From: an uncultured Gammaproteobacteria bacterium
Lineage (GTDB): Bacteria > Pseudomonadota > Gammaproteobacteria > Steroidobacterales > Steroidobacteraceae
Assembly (NCBI GenBank): GCA_963707115.1
Contig: CAVPOP010000001.1
Location: 180,145-244,144, forward strand
DNA length: 64,000 nucleotides
Direction of reading: 5' to 3'
The notes below the pieces were generated by a model. The model was not told the origin of the DNA. It did not search any database and saw only the letters and a list, made by a program, of their open reading frames with translations. The stretch's first letter is position 1. Every line of letters starts with the position of its first letter. Position numbers and translations under genes: made by a program. Positions 60,646 through 64,000 of this stretch are shown piece by piece.

Positions 60646-62615
60646 TGTGCGCCGTGACGCGCTGGGCGCTGGCGCTGCTGGTGCTGCTTGCCATTATTGA
60701 CGGCGCTCCGGCGCGAGCAAAAGCCGCGCACCCGCTCGAGAGCGCCAAGCTGGCGCTGAGAACCCGCGACTATCCGGCGGCGCTGGCGCAGCTGCAACAA
60801 AGCGCCACCGCCGGCGATGCCCAGGCGCAGCTCCTGCTTGGCCTGGTCAACCTCAATGGCGTGGGCACCAGCGTGAATCAGCCCGCGGCCGAGAGCTGGT
60901 TGAGCAAGAGCGCCGCTCAAGGCAACGCGACCGCAGCCTACGTGCTGGCCGCGCTCTACGCCCGCCGGAGCGATGCGCCACCCGGTGCATCGCAGGCGAT
61001 GTTGCACAAGGCGGCTGCCCTCGGATCGACCGAAGCGATCGAGGACCTGCGTGCCGGCCGCGAACCACTCAGCCCGGATTGGGCGGGTCTCTCGGACAGT
61101 GCGCTGCGCACCGATCTGGCGATCTACAGTGCCCGCAATGCCGATATCGAATGCCTGAAGGCCATGGGAACCGCGGTGAAGGATCTGCGCGACCCGTTTG
61201 GCAGCTCGCTGCTCGCGCATGCGGTAGCCACCGGGGCCCTCAGCTCCGCACAGCTGCTGATCCAAGCCGGAAGCGACGTGAATCACGCCGACAGTTTCGG
61301 CGTCACCCCCCTGATGCTGGCGGCCCGCCTGGAAACCACGCAAATGCTCGAATTTCTGCTGACCAAGGGCGCCAGCGTGGCGGCCGTTGATCAAGCGAGT
61401 CGCACGGCCCTGTTCTACGCCGCGCGAGCCAACCGGCCGCAGGCCGTGGCGAAACTGGTGCAGGCCGGCGCGAAGCTCGACGCCACCGACAGCGGCGACT
61501 ATACGGCGCTCGACGCCGCACTCAGCGCGGACGCCGACCAGGCCGCAACGCAACTGCGGTCGCTCGGGGCCAGGAACCTGGTCGCGCACGCCGCCCGCGA
61601 TAGCAACGTGGGCAAGTTTGATTCCGCCCGTCCGGGCGACCTGTATCGCGGTTGGCCGGTCGTGGCCCTGGCGGTCGCGCGCAATGACGTGAACTCGGTG
61701 CGTACACTGCTCGCCGATGGCGCCGACCCCGACAGTCGCACCAGCCAGGGAGACACCCTCTTGCACGTCGCGCTCCACGTCGGCTCCGAGGCAACGCTCA
61801 AGGCGCTGCTGGCGGCGCACGCGAATCCAAAGCTGGCTGACAAGCGCGGTCGGACGGTCTTGGTGCTGGCAGCAACCCGCGGCGAACTCAGCCTCGTCAG
61901 CGCCCTGCTGGCCGGCCAGGTCCCTGCCGACACACGCGCCACCGGGGAATCCACGCCACTGCTGGCAGCCGTGCGGGCCGGACATGTCGAGATCGCCCAG
62001 AGCCTGCTCGCCGCCGGTGCCCGGGCCGACCTGGCCGACGAGCACGGCGATACCCCGTTACTGGCGGCCGCGACCAGTGGCAACGCCGCGCTCGTCAAGG
62101 TCCTGCTGACCGGCGGCGCCTCAGCGCGGCTTGCGGATCCGCGCGGTGAAACCCCGCTGTGGCGCGCAGCCCATAAGGGCTCAGCAGACGCCACGCTTCT
62201 GCTGCTCGAGGCCGGCGCCGAGGTGGACGCCGCCGACCGCGAAGGGCGTACGCCGTTGATGTGCGCGATTGTCGCAGGCCAGGACCAAGTGGCCTCGATC
62301 CTGCTCCAGGCTCACGCGCGTGTCGATGCGAAGGCGGCAAACGGGGATACGCCGCTGATGATGGCCGCGGCCTTCGGGAGCGGCGCCCTGGTGCATTCGC
62401 TGCTGCAGCGCCCGGGCGACGTCAATGCCAGCAACCGTGACGGCGATACGGCGCTAATCGCAGCCAGCCGGAACGGCAACAAGGCGGCCGTCAAGGTGCT
62501 GCTGGCCGGAGGCGCCAGCACGGCGCTGCGCAACAGCAAGCGGGCCACGGCCGCGGACGTGGCGCGAGACCGGGGCTTCGGTGATTTGGCCGAACTGATT
62601 GGCGGCAAGGGATAG
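60645..62615 (+). CDS. Exported Sel1-repeat / ankyrin-repeat protein
   Basis: Signal peptide (WALALLVLLAIIDGAPARA). Sel1-like AQLLLGLVNLNGVGTSVNQPAAESWLSKSAAQGNATAAYVLAALY. Twelve or more ankyrin units follow (G.TPL..AA..G....V..LL..GA..). The start overlaps the upstream stop (TGATG). Confidence 0.85.
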   Translation: MCAVTRWALALLVLLAIIDGAPARAKAAHPLESAKLALRTRDYPAALAQLQQSATAGDAQAQLLLGLVNLNGVGTSVNQPAAESWLSKSAAQGNATAAYVLAALYARRSDAPPGASQAMLHKAAALGSTEAIEDLRAGREPLSPDWAGLSDSALRTDLAIYSARNADIECLKAMGTAVKDLRDPFGSSLLAHAVATGALSSAQLLIQAGSDVNHADSFGVTPLMLAARLETTQMLEFLLTKGASVAAVDQASRTALFYAARANRPQAVAKLVQAGAKLDATDSGDYTALDAALSADADQAATQLRSLGARNLVAHAARDSNVGKFDSARPGDLYRGWPVVALAVARNDVNSVRTLLADGADPDSRTSQGDTLLHVALHVGSEATLKALLAAHANPKLADKRGRTVLVLAATRGELSLVSALLAGQVPADTRATGESTPLLAAVRAGHVEIAQSLLAAGARADLADEHGDTPLLAAATSGNAALVKVLLTGGASARLADPRGETPLWRAAHKGSADATLLLLEAGAEVDAADREGRTPLMCAIVAGQDQVASILLQAHARVDAKAANGDTPLMMAAAFGSGALVHSLLQRPGDVNASNRDGDTALIAASRNGNKAAVKVLLAGGASTALRNSKRATAADVARDRGFGDLAELIGGKG

Positions 62616-62638
62616 GCGGGCCTGCCGAGCCACGGCGT

Positions 62639-63175
62639 TCACTCGTCGCGCAGGTTCTGCCCTGGGAACAGCTCCTCGTTGAAGCCGAATTTGCGCAGGT
62701 CCTTGATGCGCGTCGGGTACAGGACGCCGTCGAGATGGTCCACCTCGTGCTGCACCACCCGGGCATGGAACCCCTCGACGGTCCGATCGATGGCCTTCCC
62801 CCACTGGTCGGTGCCGCGATAGCGCAGGCGGCGGTGACGGGGAACCAGGCCGCGCATGCCCGGCACCGAAAGGCAGCCCTCCCAGTCCTCGTCCTTACCG
62901 CCCCGCAGCATCTTCAGCTTGGGATTGATCAGGACCGTGTAGGGCACCGCGTCAACGTCCGGATAGCGTGGGTTCTGGCCGCCGCCGCCGAATATGACGA
63001 CCCGCACCAGTTCGCCGATCTGTGGCGCGGCCAGGCCGGCGCCGTTCGCCGCCTGCATGGTGTCGTTCATGTCGCCGATGAGCTCGAGCAGCGCCGGTGT
63101 CCCAAATTCGCGCACCGGGGCGCTGACCTGAAGCAGGCGCGGATCGCCCATCCGCAGTATCGGTTTGATGGCCAT
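62639..63175 (-). CDS. def: Peptide deformylase
   Basis: [18 protein letters not shown] and HEVDHLDG motifs. Confidence 0.9.
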   Translation of the reverse strand: MAIKPILRMGDPRLLQVSAPVREFGTPALLELIGDMNDTMQAANGAGLAAPQIGELVRVVIFGGGGQNPRYPDVDAVPYTVLINPKLKMLRGGKDEDWEGCLSVPGMRGLVPRHRRLRYRGTDQWGKAIDRTVEGFHARVVQHEVDHLDGVLYPTRIKDLRKFGFNEELFPGQNLRDE

Positions 63176-63350
63176 GGAACTATATGGGTATCAAGGGTGC
63201 CCAAACCGTCGGTGGCCAGACGGTTCCAAGCGCCCGCCGGCCTCCCCCGGAATATGGGGTTGGCATATGCCGCGCCGGGATCTTAACATGGGCATAGCCT
63301 GAGAAAGCTTGGCCCACTTGAGGCCACCACACCCACAGAGGAACATGCTG

Positions 63351-63758
63351 ATGAAAGTTCTGTTGCCCCTAACACTGGTCGCCGCGCTGGTGGCTGCTCC
63401 CGCCTTCGCCGACTGCACGGCGCCGACGAAAGAGGTCACGATCCCTGACGGCTCCAAGGCCACCATGGACGAAATGCTGGCCGCGAAGCACGCGATCCAG
63501 GAGAACAACACCGCGGTCGAAGCGTATACGCAGTGCCTCAAGGCCGAACAGGATGCCAAGATTGCGGCCGGCGGAACCGACATGAAGGACGAAGAACGGG
63601 TGAAGATCAGCACGGAGTACGCCAACCGCCAGAACGCGGAAGTTGAAAAGCTCCAGAAGCTGGCCGACAAATTCAACGTCGAGGTGCGCGCGTTCAAGGC
63701 CAAGCAGCCGCCGCCGGCAGCGGCACCGACCGCGCCCGCGCCCGCGCCCAACAATTAG
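63351..63758 (+). CDS. Small exported protein of unknown function
   Basis: MKVLLPLTLVAALVAAPAFA/DC signal peptide, a helical charged core, and a Pro/Ala-rich tail. Alternative ATGs at 63345 and 63309. Confidence 0.5.
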   Translation: MKVLLPLTLVAALVAAPAFADCTAPTKEVTIPDGSKATMDEMLAAKHAIQENNTAVEAYTQCLKAEQDAKIAAGGTDMKDEERVKISTEYANRQNAEVEKLQKLADKFNVEVRAFKAKQPPPAAAPTAPAPAPNN

Positions 63759-63760
63759 GC

Positions 63761-64000
63761 TCAGAGCTGCGGCCCGGCGGCGAACGTGTCGCAACTTTCC
63801 AGCTTGCCGCCGTCAAACCCGCGCTGAAACCAGCGCTGGCGCTGCTCGGCGGAGCCGTGGGTGAAGGTCTCCGGCACCACCCGGCCCTGCGCGCGCCGTT
63901 GCAGGGTGTCGTCGCCCACTGCCGCTGCGGCCCGAAGTGCCTGCTGCAGCTCACCGGGCTCGATCACGCGCTGTGCCTGCATCGCCCAGACGCCCGCGTA
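63761..64000 (-). CDS. ypfJ: YpfJ-like neutral zinc metallopeptidase, C-terminal part (gene continues beyond the window)
   Basis: ...GDDTLQRRAQGRVVPETFTHGSAEQRQRWFQRGFDGGKLESCDTF matches the conserved C-terminus of the YpfJ family. The frame is open to the window edge. Confidence 0.55.
   Translation of the reverse strand, partial: YAGVWAMQAQRVIEPGELQQALRAAAAVGDDTLQRRAQGRVVPETFTHGSAEQRQRWFQRGFDGGKLESCDTFAAGPQL

Noticed and set aside
60429-62045. 538-aa minus-strand ORF
   Set aside because: It is antisense to the ankyrin-repeat gene. It has low-complexity Arg/Gly/Ala composition and no motifs, so it is a shadow ORF.

Overview
GC-rich bacterial, probably proteobacterial, chromosomal segment (about two-thirds G+C by eye, not computed). 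It is gene-dense, and most long antisense ORFs in the track are high-GC shadow ORFs. All calls come from reading motifs in the supplied translations and DNA; no database search was run.

Layout:
- 0-13 kb: secreted FG-GAP/ASPIC protein, P-type ATPase, a vapBC/fitAB-like TA cassette wedged between two truncated genes, a small envelope copper cluster (Tat-exported 13-Cys Csp-like protein, DUF2946-like, OM barrel), hydrolase, LysR regulator, aminotransferase, and a higBA-like TA pair.
- 13-18 kb: two full tRNA-Arg(TCG) genes plus a degenerate third copy, bracketing a LysR / class-III aminotransferase / APC permease cassette.
- 18-22.3 kb: molybdenum cofactor operon (moeA-moaA-moaC-[mobA::moaD fusion]-moaE).
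- 22.5-30.9 kb: housekeeping and lipid genes (acidic poly-Asp protein, VIT1/CCC1, htpX, desaturase, cfa-like, FAD oxidase, tesB, ferredoxin-NADP reductase).
- 31-32.4 kb: IS110-family element with 13-bp inverted repeats, ending 10 bp upstream of gabT.
- 33.7-42.6 kb: DUF3144, ABC exporter, metH, an ArsR-methyltransferase and typA. The last three genes together carry four single-base (+1) frameshifts.
- 42.8-44.6 kb: secreted protein plus a pepsin-like lipoprotein.

Main finding (44.6-62.6 kb): a minus-strand cluster encoding an orphan CcmI-like cytochrome c chaperone, a 5-TM protein with two HX13H pairs (putative di-haem b, NOX/ferric-reductase-like), a 21-haem cytochrome built of seven c7-like trihaem modules, and a 2443-aa cytochrome with about 75 haem-binding motifs (ten tandem 169-170-aa pentahaem modules, some copies nearly identical at DNA level). 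An AMIN/SPOR/TPR beta-barrel outer-membrane protein and a coupled lipoprotein follow. A membrane-anchored 2x[4Fe-4S] flavoprotein and a periplasmic Sel1/ankyrin protein are transcribed divergently. I read this as a candidate undescribed trans-envelope (extracellular) electron-transfer system.

The window ends with def, a small secreted protein and a partial ypfJ-like metallopeptidase.
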